A stretch of 64,000 nt of DNA from Eledone cirrhosa (Eukaryota), in NCBI GenBank assembly GCA_964016885.1, contig OZ024743.1, forward strand, positions 224,130,001 through 224,194,000, written 5' to 3'. Below are positions 16,720 through 34,056 of this stretch, piece by piece. Below the pieces are notes generated by a model. The model had not been told where the DNA came from, searched no databases, and saw only the letters and a list, made by a program, of their open reading frames with translations. The translations under genes were made by a program, and so were the position numbers. Within the stretch, counting starts at the first letter, position 1; each line of letters begins with the position of its first letter.

Positions 16720-16829
16720 TCCCCTTCCTGCTATATCAAGCGTTAACCTAATATATACCTTCCATATACTGTACCGATTGTGTTGTTATTTCTGTTTACC
16801 TTTTACAAACATACATATATATAGATAGA

Positions 16830-17260
16830 TTTCTTTATTAGCCACAAGGGCGCAACAAGAAAGGGGACAATACAAATACATGCCGGGGATTTTACATACA
16901 GTCGTGTAAAAAATATAAAAACAAACAATTTCAACAATCGAAATCCCCAATAGGGGGGAGGCGCCACAAATGGGTTGTTTAATACCCCGTCGATAGAACA
17001 ACCCTCAACTCAAGGAGCGTGTTGTGCAAGTGCTCCTTTCTTCCTTTTGCTCTCTTCCTCAACCTACAGGCTTATAAACAGAGAAGGCCCAATCACTCGG
17101 GCCATTTTCGCTTCATTCACCCACCTTTCAGTAAATTTACTGGGGTGCAGTGCCTCTCTCTCCACCCTGATTCTCCTTCTAAAGTGATACTTAAAGAATG
17201 GAATCAATTGTTGTCCGGAGAGAAAGGCATCTGTCCTCAGTCCTCTCAACCTCGTCCACC
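16830..17260 (-). mobile_element. Tx1/L1 LINE extreme 3' end copy
   Basis: Near-identical to 6935-7370. Confidence 0.9.
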
Positions 17261-17741
17261 ATACATATATATAGATAGATAGATATATATAGATATATAG
17301 ATATATATATATATTTGCACTGCTTGTGAATTGATGTATCTATGCTTTGCTTTGTTTTGTTTTGTTTTTTGTTTTTTTTTTTGTTTTTTTGTATTTTTGC
17401 TTTTTTGTTGTGTTTGATCATGCTGAGTAACACCCTCATTCATTTCTTGCTATCCTCTCCCAACCTCCTTGTCATCTATTGCACCATTTATGTGATAAAT
17501 TTTTGATGTAATTTTTTATGACATTTTATGACATTATGTGCGTCATGTATTGTGTGTTTTTCTATATAGCCCTGGCCTTGGGACTCCTTTACTGGTCCTT
17601 TAACCTTGTTCTGGTGACTGAGCTTGATGGAGCCTGCAACCTTTGATATATTCTTGTTTATAGGCTCTGATGATTCTTGCCATAATAAAACAATGTATTT
17701 CTAAGCACTCTTTGGTTATTCCTAAACTTATATATATATAT

Positions 17742-17945
17742 TAAAAAGTGAGGTTTTTTTACAAAATGAAAAAAAACAAAGTGTCCTACACGAGTGAAAG
17801 TATAAGGAAAAATGATGAAATCGAAAATACAACTGGAGTCTTTTTTTTCTTTTAATATATTTATTTGGTTCCTTTACCTGTTTCGCAGTTCTTGTGCTTT
17901 TCAAAAGTAGAATTGAGATGGAGGGTTTGTGGGGTTTTTTACATA
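17742..17945 (-). mobile_element. U3-A8 HHR element copy (diverged)
   Basis: Homologous to 44106-44321 and 58675-58888; motif at 17871-17908. Confidence 0.8.
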
Positions 17946-18249
17946 TATATATATGACATTTATGAGGAAGTTAAAGGCTTTCTCGAATTTCTTTAACTAT
18001 AGAAAAATAGTTTTAATAATAAGGCATATAAGCTACCTTAACGGGAAAAATAGACATTAGTACCAGGCTAATTTCAAATTTCGCTTATCGATTCTAAAAC
18101 ACATATTCGTTCATTTGGGGGTGATCATATTACCAGTATTACCTTTAAAAAGAAACACGCACCAAATGATTTTCACTTTATCTTTATTGGTTATTCTTTT
18201 GTTGAGACAAGGTTGAGTAACAGATCAAGACCAGAAAGAAGACGAGACA

Positions 18250-18660
18250 CAAAAGAAAACAGATAGTCAGTGATGTCACAGAATGTGTGACAGAAGAATT
18301 TTGACGAACTAACAAATAACTAGTAATAAAGATAAATAAAGTTAAAATGAAAATCATATACTGCGTGAGTTTATTTTTATTGGCAATACTGGCAACATGA
18401 CTGTGCCCTAATATAACAATATCTGTTTCAACACACGATTTCACATCAATAATCTTGCATACATACACGTATATATATATATATATATATAGTTATACTT
18501 TGTATGAGTCATGCTGCCAATAAATACATACACCTGTTGATTTTCACTTTAATTTATTATAAACTTCCAGTCGGTTAGATTAATAACCGGATGGTTATTT
18601 ATTTGCTTATTGTCAAAGCTCTTTCGTCACACATTCTGTGACCTTTTCAGTGACTAAGCT
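18250..18660. mobile_element. Two tail-to-tail solo pLTR copies of the 15190-15385 family around (TA)n
   Basis: GTCACAGAATGTGTGAC hairpin at 18275 (+, decayed) and HHR at 18611-18654 (-, core CUGAAAA, GAAAGAGCTT). Confidence 0.75.
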
Positions 18661-18879
18661 GAGAAGAAAGAGTTTTGAAAGAAATACGTACATAATTTTC
18701 ATTTTCTATTTAACATCAAAGCATAAAGGGGATGCAGTTTTAAAGGATGCATATAAGCGTTATTTTCTATTCAAAGTTTAAATTGAATACAAATGATTTA
18801 TAGTTACCTTATAAAAATGTATATCGTATTGAAAATCCAAACAAAGAACAGTTATTTAATTATTTTACATTTTAAAGGT

Positions 18880-19790
18880 ATATGCTGCAACTACAACAGT
18901 TTCTTTCGTTTCGGTTTCATTATTCTATTGTTATCCACTTTAGAAGCCATCTTTATTTCAATGGAGAGCAAACCTAACTTAGACAATCTATCATTGCTTA
19001 TTATAGAAGGAAAGTGTGATTTCATGTGCTGCTTAAGAATCGTTTCCAAACGGTGATAATCATTGGTAAGGTTAGAAAAATGAGATGCATAGTGAACTGG
19101 TTAGGATAAATGAAACACATGCCATTTAAGTGCATAATTGATGGTCAGTTTCTCGTCACATGAATATAAGATACTAATTGGGCTCATGTTCTCTTCGTAC
19201 GAGTCTTTGATTTAAAGAAATTCTTGCAAGATTTCGGTTTGACAGTGAGTGAGTCTAAATAGGTATCTAATAAAGTTCTAATGTGTTCACATCATCTAAA
19301 GGGCGGTGGATTGGCAGTATCGGTAGAGGGTCTGACGCCATGCTTTGCAGCAAAGAGTTACGGCCCTGTGGGGTCGATAAAATAAAGCACCAGTAATACA
19401 CTGGGATAATTGCTGGCCTTGTGCCAAAAGTAGAAACAATTATTTATGTTATCAAAACGCTAAATTTGGGAGATTCACGTTTTATATGCTCAATTCTTTT
19501 ACCTGTGCTGTTTATAACAGAATCTAATGACGCTTATGAAGTAAAATTCAACGAATTTCCATCGTGTTTAAAATATTTTCTCATTATGGAACCTTTAATT
19601 TTACGTTCTTTATGCTACTTGTACTCTCTTACACTCTCCAGCCAACTGGGTGGTTTCATTCTCAATCTGTTTCAATTAAGATTCGTACTCAGTTCACGTG
19701 TTTCTATATCTTTGTCAATAGCTGAATTAAAAGAAAAGGCGTTACTAGATATATTCTACATTTCTGTAAATGTATTGACAGATTAAAAAC
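18880..19790 (-). mobile_element. hAT transposase C-terminal remnant with a SINE A insertion (19302-19443)
   Basis: Manual minus-strand translation gives IYPN..IFLTLP and SIISNDRLSKLGLLSIE (hAT dimerisation domain). Confidence 0.6.
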
Positions 19791-20389
19791 TTTGTCTTGT
19801 ATTTTACTCCAGGATATATAAACAAGAATTCTTAAGTACTCGGTACTCCATTTGCATCAGCGAGCTATTTATGAGTGCAGTTCCATTCACCTCACTATCT
19901 GCAATTTTTTGTAGAGCAACTGCTAAATTATACAATGTAGCCACAACTTCTGACTTTCTGGGTGTATATCTAACGTTAACATGGTGGTACTGGTGGAGGC
20001 TGGATCTTTTGCCCAATATATCCTTGTCATGTCTCCATGTACTGTTCCCCCATCCACCTGTTAGATACCTTCTCTTCATCATTCATCTTCTATCCTATTC
20101 ATTGTACTATGCTATCAAAGACGGGATTGAATCTATGTGTGCCTCTCATATCTCTGACACGTGCTCTTCTATTCACAACACCATGGCGCCCATGCAATGA
20201 GGCATGGCATTAGATATGTCTGTATTCAAGCTTCACTACAACCAAACTTATTACTCCATTGCAACACTATGTATGAAGAGTTGCATCGAAGTTATTTTTT
20301 ATACTCTATATTTATATTGGCCACCAACACCTCACTCACAGACCAATAATTATTAACATCTATCAGTTTTTCTTACCATTGCTTCTCTC

Positions 20390-21155
20390 TATTGGCAGTA
20401 TCGGTAGAGGGTCGGACGCCATGTTTTGACGCATAGAGTTACGGCCCTTGCCATTCTGAGTTCAAATCCCGCCGAAGTTAACTTTGCCTTTCATCCTTAC
20501 AGGATCGACAAAATAAAGTACCAGTAATGCACTGGGATAATTGCTGGCCTTGTGCCTAAAGTAGAAACAATTATTATGTATCACCTGCTCTCTTTCTACA
20601 ATAAACATATAACCTCCAGCACTGTCTCTATTCCATTAGTCTTTGTCATTGCTGCACTTCTTCCATTATTTCTTTTTGCCTTTCATCCTTACGGGGTCGA
20701 TAAAATAAAGTACCAGTAATGCACTGGGTAATTGCTGGCCTTGTGCCTAAAGTAGAAACAATTATTTCTTGGGTCGGTAGAGGGTCGGACGCCATGCTTT
20801 GCAGCATAGAGTTACGGCCCTTTATGGTTTGAGTTCAAATCCCGTCGAGGTTAACTTTGCCTTTCATCCTTACGGGATCGATAAAATAAAGTACCAGTAA
20901 TGCACTGGGATAATTGCTGGCCTTGTGCCAAAAGTAGAAATAATTATTTCTTGGGTGGATTATTTCTTGTAGATTGGCAGTATCGGTAGAGGGTCGGACG
21001 CCATGCTTTGAAGCATAGAGTTACCTCCCTGTATGATCTGAGTTCAAATCCCGCCGAGGTTAACTTTGCCTTTCATCCTTACGGGGTCGATAAGATAAAG
21101 TACCAGTAATGTACTGGGTAATTGCTGGCCTTGTGCCTAAAGTAGAAACAATTAT
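20390..21155 (+). mobile_element. Cluster of four co-oriented SINE A copies or fragments
   Basis: 20390-20575, 20676-20765, 20771-20945, 20972-21155. Confidence 0.9.
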
Positions 21156-21200
21156 TTCTTGTTAATGATGCCTCTCAAACATTACTCCCTCTAGCACACA

Positions 21201-21259
<59 letters not shown>

Positions 21260-22570
21260 CATTCTCGTTCATCTCACCCATTCATGTTAATTATTCTTCT
21301 GTCGTTGCTCTCTCTCTCTCTCTCTCTCTCAATTCCATTCTATTCATAGTGAGTAGATTAGGAGCTTTACTTTAAAACAATCATAAGGTCGCAGGTTCGA
21401 TCCCATATGATGACATCTTGTACATATGTCATTTACTGTAGCCTTTGATCGACACATGCCTTGAGGGTGAAACTGGATAAACGGAAACAGTTTTGAAGCC
21501 CGTCAGATGGACTGTACCTGTTTCAAAAGGGCGGTATTACCACACTCTATTGAGTCTCTATGATAATTATATTAAGGGTACACGTGTCTGTGAATGGCTC
21601 AGCCACATACACAGGCAGCTCCGTTGGCCGAACAACTGGAATAATCATGTCTAAATGTGGTACACAATATCCATTCCATTCGATATTGTCTACCACATAT
21701 ATATGCATACATTCATCAGTTGAGACAGCTAACTTATACATATATAGCAATGAAGAAACAACTTCTGGTGTCATTGGCCCTAGGGCCACCTCCCTGCTCA
21801 CCACCATCGGCATAGAGTTGGCTACCCGAAGGTGTGAGCACACGAGCTGGAATGGCTCTTCCAGCGCATCTCCCTCACCATCCTCCGGCCAAACGCCTTC
21901 TCTATTCTGTCCTCCGGGGCTGCGAGGCGGCCAGCGCCTGGGCCTCCATTTGCTCATAACAGTGAGAGATGGGGAAAGTGTGAGTGACAGAGACAATGGG
22001 AGTTTGGTTCCTTTGTGTTCGGACCTGATGTATATATATATATACATGTTTCACAGACCCACACTCGCACTAATACTAAAGTTATTAATCTCCACCCCTG
22101 TCTTTATTAAATATCACCACATTCTTGCCACTATGATAGTCAGCTTAATGAAGCCATCAACAGCACAATATACTGATCTATACATACTTGCCACAAAGCA
22201 ATACTGACTGACTAGAATATAGTAGTTGTGTTACAAAGATACCAAGGCAGTAACTGTACGGGGGAAAATCTATCTCTAAACTGATTAGTGCACAAAACAT
22301 TGCTCACCATGGCGTTGCTACTATACGAATATGAATGACTATTGTATTCTATTCTATTGCATTATATTGTATTGCATTGTATTATATTGCATTATATTGT
22401 ATTGTACTGTAGTGTATTGTATTGTGTTATCTTACAATATCTGCACCGTTAAATAAAGTGTGTGCCATGACTATTTTCTGTTGCGTTATAATACCTATGA
22501 TTTTTCTTATTATACTTGTGATAAATCAAACAGAAGTCGAGTAGGTTGATTGTTGAAAATGTTGCCATAC

Positions 22571-22656
22571 GTTAGCTTCTGTTATTGATAAGTTAGCTTC
22601 TGTTATTGATAAGTTAGCTTCTGTTATTAGATAAGTTAGCTTCTGTTATTAGATAA
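22571..22656. repeat. 21/22-bp minisatellite, 4 units
   Basis: GTTAGCTTCTGTTATT(A)GATAA x4. Confidence 0.92.
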
Positions 22657-22794
22657 GAGTTATTGAGATATTGCGTCGTATCAAAACTGACGATGACTTT
22701 TACATGAATCAAAATTGAGATCTTCCAATGATTCACGGTTCCTCTATTCATCCCTTTTAACATTTACTTTGATAGAAACATGACTTTGTAAAAT

Positions 22795-23129
22795 GTTGAT
22801 GATAATGATGGTGATGGTGATGATGATGGTGATGGTGGTGGTGGTGGTGGTGGTGGTGGTGGTGGTGGTGGTGGTGGTGGTGGTGATGGTGGTGGTGGTG
22901 ATGAAGATGCTTGTGATAATGATGATGATGAAGATGCTGGTGGTTATAATGATGGTGATTATGATGAAGATGTTGGTGATAATGATGATGATGATGATGA
23001 TTGTGATGGTGGCGATAATGATGGTGATGATGATGATGGTGATGATGATGCTGGTGCTGGTGCTAGTGGTGGTGGTGGTGGTGGTGATGGTGATAAGGAT
23101 GGGGATGATGATGATGATGTTGATGATGG

Positions 23130-23181
<52 letters not shown>

Positions 23182-23183
23182 GT

Positions 23184-23217
<34 letters not shown>

Positions 23218-23317
23218 GTTGATGATGATGATGATGATGATGATTATGATAATGATGATGATGATGATTGTGGTGGTGATGATGATGGTGATAATGATGG
23301 TGATGATAATAATGATG

Positions 23318-23349
<32 letters not shown>

Positions 23350-23445
23350 GATGATGATGATGATGGTGATGATGGCGATGTTGATGATGATGGTCATCAT
23401 CATAATCGTTATTAGTATCATGATCATGATAATGACGATGATTAT
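22795..23445. repeat. (GAT)n/(GGT)n microsatellite
   Basis: Visible directly; source of the poly-M/I/H ORFs. Confidence 0.97.
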
Positions 23446-23539
23446 TCTGTTGTAAACAGAATTGCGTCTGATCAGAGAACATAGCAAAACCCACACTCAT
23501 TCGCACAAGTCATCACAAAACGTCCACACTCTGCCGCGG

Positions 23540-24300
23540 CACATCGATGACTTTGGGACATACCACCTTTCTCTTACTGGGTCCCCACCTTTACCCTCTC
23601 CATGATCTCACATCATGGCCACCGTCTTCTCTCCCACTCTGTTTCCCCAGTTTACCCCGTCCACTCGTCTCTTGGCATAGCTACATGCTATTCGGAGCCA
23701 CCCCGCGATTGGATAGTGGCCCACCAGTTTCCCCCTCGTTGAGAAAAGTTCTCCTCTGCCCATGCGGGTGCCCAGTTCTGAGACTTCATTTCCCCTCGAA
23801 ATATCAATATGCCCGTCTTTAAGTTAACTATCGTCGAGGCCCCCGTCATTTGTCTCCACTCTTGCAAGGTTTCCCTGCAGACATATGTAAACTTGCCGCC
23901 TGTGTGACACGACACGTGTTCGTTCAGTTCATGAAAGTCCAGCCCCGGCCTGGCCTTGTTCTTCGTTGGCTACATTACTACAATTAGCGGCAACACTCCG
24001 CTCTTTATCTCCTCATTGCAGTCCCTTGCCATGTGCGAACCCTGAAACCTAAAGCAGTGACTTTTGAATGCCCCTGGTCGAGCTTTCATGAGGGCTCTTC
24101 TCCCCTCGCCGTTCGTCGATTGCTGTCGACTGCTATAGGCTTTCGTCGCTGCTAACGCCACAACATTCCGCTCATCATCTCATCTCACCAGGCGGGCCTC
24201 GTGTCAGCTTGGACATGTTATTGTAGGTCGCATGTGGGCTTTTCGAACTCCTTTGTTCACTGGTAGAGAAGAATATATGAGATCATGCATCATTTAACAA
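23540..24300 (-). mobile_element. Possible LTR retrotransposon gag/protease remnant
   Basis: GC-rich island; decayed zinc knuckle CFRFQGSHMARDC; TGASTIV protease-like motif downstream. Confidence 0.45.
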
Positions 24301-24669
24301 TTCAACTTTCCGTGACCTACCCCCAGACAAGGGGCATTATCTTATCAGTTAAGAGCGGATCAAATATTGTGTTATCCTGAAACTGAAGAAGCGGGTCTGG
24401 TTCAAATGTTCACATTCACCAATGGTTGGTGACAAAATCATCAGGCTGTATGTTGAGTAAGTTTCAAATCAGTTGGAATGGAACTGTGTCAATAAGTACG
24501 TCACAAACAGTGTGCTGAAAATATTGATGCCAAAAAATAATATTTCTACATTTGTTTGAAGGGAAGGAGAAAGTCGATTAAATCGACCCAGTGCGTTACT
24601 GGTGCTTTATTTTATCGACCCCATAAGACTGAAGGATATATTTTGTTATCCCTTATATATATAAGGGAT

Positions 24670-27967
<3,298 letters not shown>

Positions 27968-27968
27968 G

Positions 27969-28000
<32 letters not shown>

Positions 28001-28002
<2 letters not shown>

Positions 28003-28429
28003 GTGACGAAACATAAGTCAATTGCATGAACTCATAATCCTTTATTTACTGCTATATATATTTCGATGATAGCCATTGAATGGCTATGACCTCATCAGGC
28101 AGTTAGTCAGTTCTTAGATATGCCAGCTCTGTGTTTATAGTGTTGATGGTATCAGAGCCTTAGGACATATCCTATGTCCCAAGGCTCTGATACCATCAAC
28201 ACTATAAACACAGAGCTGGCATATCTAAGAACTGACTAACTGCCTGGTGAGGTCATAGCCATTCAATGGCTATCATCGAAATATATATAGCAGTAAATAA
28301 AGGATTATGAGTTCATTCATGCAATTGAATTATGTTTTGTCACTATTATAACTCCGGAACTTATATCTTCGTTGAATGCTCCCTATCCGCATACTGAAGT
28401 ACTGGATTTTACCAACACTTACTTTCTTG

Positions 28430-28430
<1 letters not shown>
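28001..28430. mobile_element. Fold-back HHR element: palindrome 28001-28345 (centre ~28171) plus unpaired tail
   Basis: Near-perfect ~170-bp arms; HHRs at 28048-28103 (-, CUGAUGA) and 28239-28294 (+, CUGGUGA); (TA)n on both sides. Confidence 0.9.
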
Positions 28431-28468
<38 letters not shown>

Positions 28469-29676
28469 TGGCTGCCAACTCGTTTTCGAGTACGGCCACT
28501 ACTTTATATCCATGTGGGAGAACCCTTACCGATGGGCTGAACGGGTGTGACTTTTTAGTCCAGCCAGCGACTTGAAAACTCTGGTACAAACACTACACTT
28601 GTGACAATTATTGACACATAGTGCTGGGCCCATGGTACCATGTGATGACAAGTGCAGAGAGATCTCCAGATATAAAGCAATGCCTGTGCTGTGAAGCTTT
28701 TATAGTGAGCAAAGGCACTGCACAAAGCCAGTCCCACTCTCTTAACCAAGATGATATTTACCAAAAAGAAGAACAAGTCAACATCATTGGATACCATTAG
28801 GGTTGCAGGTGTTATATCAGAGTTTTCCTTCTCCTAGAATTCTGCCTTGACAAAGGCTAAGGGGTCATCTCTCCCGGTGATTTTGAATGGCCATTGACTC
28901 TTAAGAGCTCCTTTGCCCTATATATATATTCAATTAGAGAAACATCCATCTCATTAAAAACAGCCAACGCTCTACAGTAAAACTAAATGTCTGCACTCTG
29001 AACAGGTAATTGCAGCTGCATAACTGCAATTCACTAGATTTGTTGAGTGAGCTAGACGCTGGTCGATGGACGTTGTATTTATACCAGCGATCTTCGTTTA
29101 TATTGCCATATATATATATATAATTAGCCGATATGTGTTAGTTCGTAGGTCCGTCAGATTTTACTACGTTTGGCAACATATAGAAATAGATAGTGATAGA
29201 CAGTGTATGAGTGGAATAAGGAATTTACATACCGAACGAAGTGGCAGATAAGGAGATCAGTTACGCGCGCACACACATGCAGACACACCTACAAACATAT
29301 TTACACACGTATGCATACGCACACGTACACACACGTAATTATCGTCGGTTGTGGGATTGTACGAAGTTAACGTCTTCATTCTTCGTTGTTTTTCATTAAC
29401 ATTGACTTATAAAGTTGTGAATATGATTAGGACAAATACGTTGATGTATCTTGGACTGGTTTTGTTTACATATTTTATTCAAGATGCCTTTAGCTGGTAA
29501 AACGACCAAGTGACTACGTCGTTGTGTCGCAACCAGTAAACATTCGCTTAACAGTTCAGGGGAGAAAATTTATGCTGTCATTATTCTGTAAGGTTTTAAG
29601 ACTTATTTCCCTTTATTAAAATACAAAAATATATTTATTCCATTTTGTACATACAAACACAATTTATGTTTTATAT

Positions 29677-29708
<32 letters not shown>

Positions 29709-29779
29709 ATGAATATAAAATGTTAAAAAGAAATCAATCAAAGTAGCATTGCAAAATTTTATAAATGAAAGAAAGGGCC

Positions 29780-29945
29780 AAGGGAAGAGTGGTGTTTCGG
29801 CTGCGCCCCGTGGACAAAATGGCAAAGCGATTGCTGCGGACAATGGCCAGCGATACCCGCTGCAACATCCACCCTACCTCGTGGGACTTTTTTCTTAGAT
29901 GGGCCGAGCTATGTGGAAGGCTGAGGAGAGGCGGCCATTTAAACT
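29780..29945 (-). mobile_element. CRE-like (RLE) non-LTR element C-terminal fragment
   Basis: Manual translation WMLQRVSLAIVRSNRFAIL. Confidence 0.55.
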
Positions 29946-30774
29946 AGGATGTAAGAAGTAGAAGCAGGAAATTATATGTGGAGAGTGTGGAGGTGGTAGG
30001 TAAATGTATAGAGGGATAGAAAGAGGGAGAAATAGAAAGCGAGTGATGGGGGATAAATAAATGGATAGGTGTGTGGAGGGATAGAGAGTGAAAGTGAGAG
30101 AAGGAGGTAAATAGGTAGGTAAATGGGTTCTGCAAAGGGAAAGAACCGAGAGAGAAAAATGTTTTCTTATAAACCTAAATTGGTTTTAATTTTTTTTTTA
30201 TTTCCTATGGAAATAATAGATAGACGGAAGAAATGACACTGAACGAAAACAAAAACAATGCTGGCAATGACAAAGTGGTTTTTTTTTTAACCAGATACAT
30301 AAATTTGTGCTTTCGTTCTGTAAGCATTGTATATTTCTTTTTTTGTACAACTCTGAATAGAATATAATGTATATGTAAAAAAAAAACAAAAAAAAAGTAA
30401 ACAAAGAGGGGGGAAAAGAGCAGGTAAAGTAAAATAAAATAAAAAGTAGTAGAAATAAAGAACGAAAAAAATAAATAAGGAACAAGGAAATAAATTAATA
30501 AATTGTTAAAGTGTGCCTTGCTTGACTGAGAGACATAGTCAATCGACACTTTTCTTTATTATCTTTTTTTCCTCCTCAATCATGTATGATTGGAAATAAT
30601 GTATTATAGAGCCGTTAACAGCCAGTCACGTTACTCCAACTGGACAGCTATCAGGCTACACCTCGTGCGGGAAGATTTCCTTTGAACGTAAATTAAGAAT
30701 AAGAATAAAATTTGTATTAGGGAACTTTTACATCATCTTCATTCGCATTTTGCTGCCATGTCAAAGTTCATACT

Positions 30775-31085
30775 AGACAGAATTACCCTCTTCCCATTCG
30801 AAGGAGGTAAATCGCTCATCTGGGACACGACATGCTGTGACATGTTCTCCACCTCCAGCTTAGTTGCTTCAGTCACAAACCCTGGTACTGCAGCCCGCAA
30901 TGCAGAGTTTAAGAAGACAAATACTGGGGCTTGTCCAGCCGCTTCCTCTTTGCACCAGTCACGGCCAAAAGCTTAGGCGTCCTCGGACCCTGAACAGCCG
31001 AGCTCCACTACAAAATTGGTATGTCAATAGCCCATCTGCGTAAGGAACCCTATGAGGATTTTGCAACGGATGTCCACGGAAATAC
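30775..31085 (+). mobile_element. CRE-like restriction-like endonuclease fragment
   Basis: DRITLFPFEGGKSLIWDTTCCD...GTAARNAEFKK. Confidence 0.7.
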
Positions 31086-31329
31086 CTTTCCAGTTTTGTA
31101 CATGGGGCACAGCCAAAACACTGCCCTAACCTAGGTGTAGAGTCTGTCACCCTCTCTCTCTTCCATTACATAATAGTCCTTACTCATTCCCTCCTTTTCT
31201 TCTCATTTATAACATTTTGAAACGATCTACACTTTGTCATATTTCTTCATTGTTCACCATTATACACACACACATATATATATATATATATGCCGTTAGC
31301 TTCTTGCTAAAACAATCTCTATACGTCTC

Positions 31330-31402
<73 letters not shown>

Positions 31403-31539
31403 CAAGACACGGTCACCTGATCTGACTTGCCTCAAATGGGACAACTCATCTAGCCCATGCTACCAATGAAAAAATGTATGTTAAACGGTGATGATGATGA
31501 TGATGATATATAGCAAAGGAAAAATATAACTCTATTTGT

Positions 31540-32750
31540 AGGAGGGTCTGCTGAAAAGTTCATAGGCTAACCAAGATACTCTCATGGAATGTGAGTAAAT
31601 GAGGTTTAATTTTCAACATAGTCCCCCTTGTGGTCCACACACATCTTCCATTGGTGTTGCAGAGCTTGGATCCCATTAGTGGAGAATCTTTCATCCTGTT
31701 GCTCATCAGTGTTTCCACTGCATAGTGATGAACCCAACACTCATCCTACGTAAGGAAATGTTCAAGGAAACCAGCTGGATCTGCCTCAAACAATGTAAGA
31801 TTTTCCTGTAATATGATCATCTTGGTGCACTTCTGATTAGGTGTCAGAAGACATGGCACCCACCGAGCAGAAACCTTTGTCATGCCAAGTTCATTGTGCA
31901 GAATATTCTCAACTCTCTCACAGGATATGCTAATAGCATTGGCTATTTGATTTATAGTCAATCACCTGTCATTCAGCACTATATGGTGAACACAATCAAT
32001 GTTTTTCTTAGTGGTGGCAATTGCAGGATGACTAGACTTTTGGTCATCTTCGGGACTCTCCTTTCCCCTCCTAAATTCAGCTGCTCACTTTTGCACTGTT
32101 GATAAATCTAAAGTGCCAACCCCTAATATAGCAACCATGCCAACATGAATTTCCTTCGGTGTTACCCCTTTTTCTGCAGGCACTTGATAACAGCACGATG
32201 CCAAATGTTGTCCATTTTCAAGAAAAGTCTCAGCTGGTTCTTTTGAAATCTTCTTTGAACAGTCTGATGTCAATTTACCTAGAAAAAAACAATGCAGTTA
32301 TTAATAAGAATAGTTAAAATTAATGCCTTCACAGCTCTAACATCATTCAGCTCACACTCATAATTATCTCTAATCCATTGAATTTTTTCCCCCTTTATTC
32401 ATGTAAGAGATAATTTCAACTTCTGCTACTAATATGGTACTTTGGTCTGTATAATGAACTTGGCATGAAAAGGTGCTCAGTGGGTGCACCAGGCTGATCT
32501 CAACACAGGAAAATCTGACATTGTTTGACGCAGATTCAGCTGGTTTTCTTCAACATTTCCTAACCCAGGATGAGTGTCGTGTTCATCACTTTCAGCCAGA
32601 GATAAAGAGACAATCCATGCAGTGGAAACAACCCTCCTCACCTACTCCAAAGGAGGTAATGGCCTCAGTTTTTTAGGATGCAATAAGCAGTGTTTATTGA
32701 CTATCTTCAAAAGGGCCACACCATCAATGGAGAGTACTATACCAACTTAC
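31540..32750. mobile_element. Mariner transposase remnants in opposite orientations (31740-32290 minus; 32455-32750 plus)
   Basis: ILHNELGMTKVSARWVP; FLTQDECRVHHFQPEIKRQSMQWK; TIR-like GAGGGTCTGCTGAAAAGTT at 31542. Confidence 0.88.
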
Positions 32751-34056
32751 TAGTAAATTTATATGGCCTAGATCAGGAGTGGGGAACCCTTTTATACTAG
32801 AAGACCATTTTGATAAAATATTGTCACCTTAAATATCAGATATTTTATGAAATATAATTATTTATAAAAACTGTAAAAAAAAATTTTGTATATTTTAAAA
32901 CTAATTAATCTTTTAATAACTTTTATGTAACTGCTTCTTATGGGAAAGTATTTCAATGTCTGGTTCCAAATATATTTTAACATATGTTTTCCTTCAAACG
33001 TGCTTCTTTGTGGCCACCATCCCTGGTTGTAATATATTTTGTATCACACTGATTATATGCAGTACAATATAGTAATTGTAGTGCTTCTTTGATAATAAAC
33101 TTGAGACATGTCTGTCTGAACTAAATGTCTGAATCCTACATCAATACATATAAGAACAGGGTCCGGGAAGAGAAATTCATTTCCTTACTATTACATTTAT
33201 ACACAAAATAATTCCTCAACCATCAAATGTTGATCTGCTGCCCATGAAAAATTAAAGTCAACTTTTACATGATCCAGAAAAAATTCCAGATTTTTTAGCC
33301 TTCCCAAAAGCAGTCGACTTTTATATGAGGTTGACATTTTTTCGAGCATATACAATAAATATTTAGTAGCTCTAGAATGCATATATATATATATATGAAT
33401 ATATAGTCAAGGAAAATGCCACTAGAAAATTGACAGGGAAGATCATTCTAGTTGACCTTTTCTCCTTGAAGAGTGCTGACAGCACAAAATACTCAGTAGT
33501 TCTTGGCATAGACTTTATTTCATGGTGTCACAGTATGAGATGTTTATCCTATTCACATTTATAACTGTCATTATGTTTTACTTGATCACCATTCTTAGAT
33601 ATTTTGTTAGTTTGTTATATTTTGCAAATCCTTTTAAAGTTTTGTAAGAATTAACAGCCTTTTTTTTTTCAATTTTATGATTTCTATTAACTCTTTCATT
33701 ACTATATTTCACACTGCCTAGGATTTTTAAATGATTTTGAAAATAATAAAATCTTTAGATAGGTTTAATGAAATAACTAATTTTCTCATTATTAATTTGT
33801 TCTTATCAAAGGTTCTTACATAATATTATTTTAGGTTTTAATATGAATATGAACTCTTGTTTCTCACTCATGGGTGATTATCAAGACTACATATCTCCTT
33901 ACTTCTGCTGAGATTAAAACAAGCTAGAATCTTATAGATTTTTTTCCGTATGTATATGAGCTGATGAAGCTCATTTGTATATGGAGTTGTAACCAGTTTG
34001 ACTTGAATTAAAAAATGAGTATTGGTGCACCAACATAGTGTTATACACATATATGT

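Noticed and set aside
17664-17700. CTGATGA motif here and CTGACGA at 22688
   Set aside because: GAAA and helices are not convincingly present.
21547-22207. 166/215-aa ORFs as host exons
   Set aside because: They span SINE tail, a GC-rich repeat-like segment and a TA tract; no recognisable domain.
22571-22656. CRISPR-like short direct repeats
   Set aside because: No spacers and a eukaryotic context; this is a minisatellite.
22744-23506. His-, Met- and Ile-rich ORFs
   Set aside because: Translations of (GAT)n/(GGT)n.
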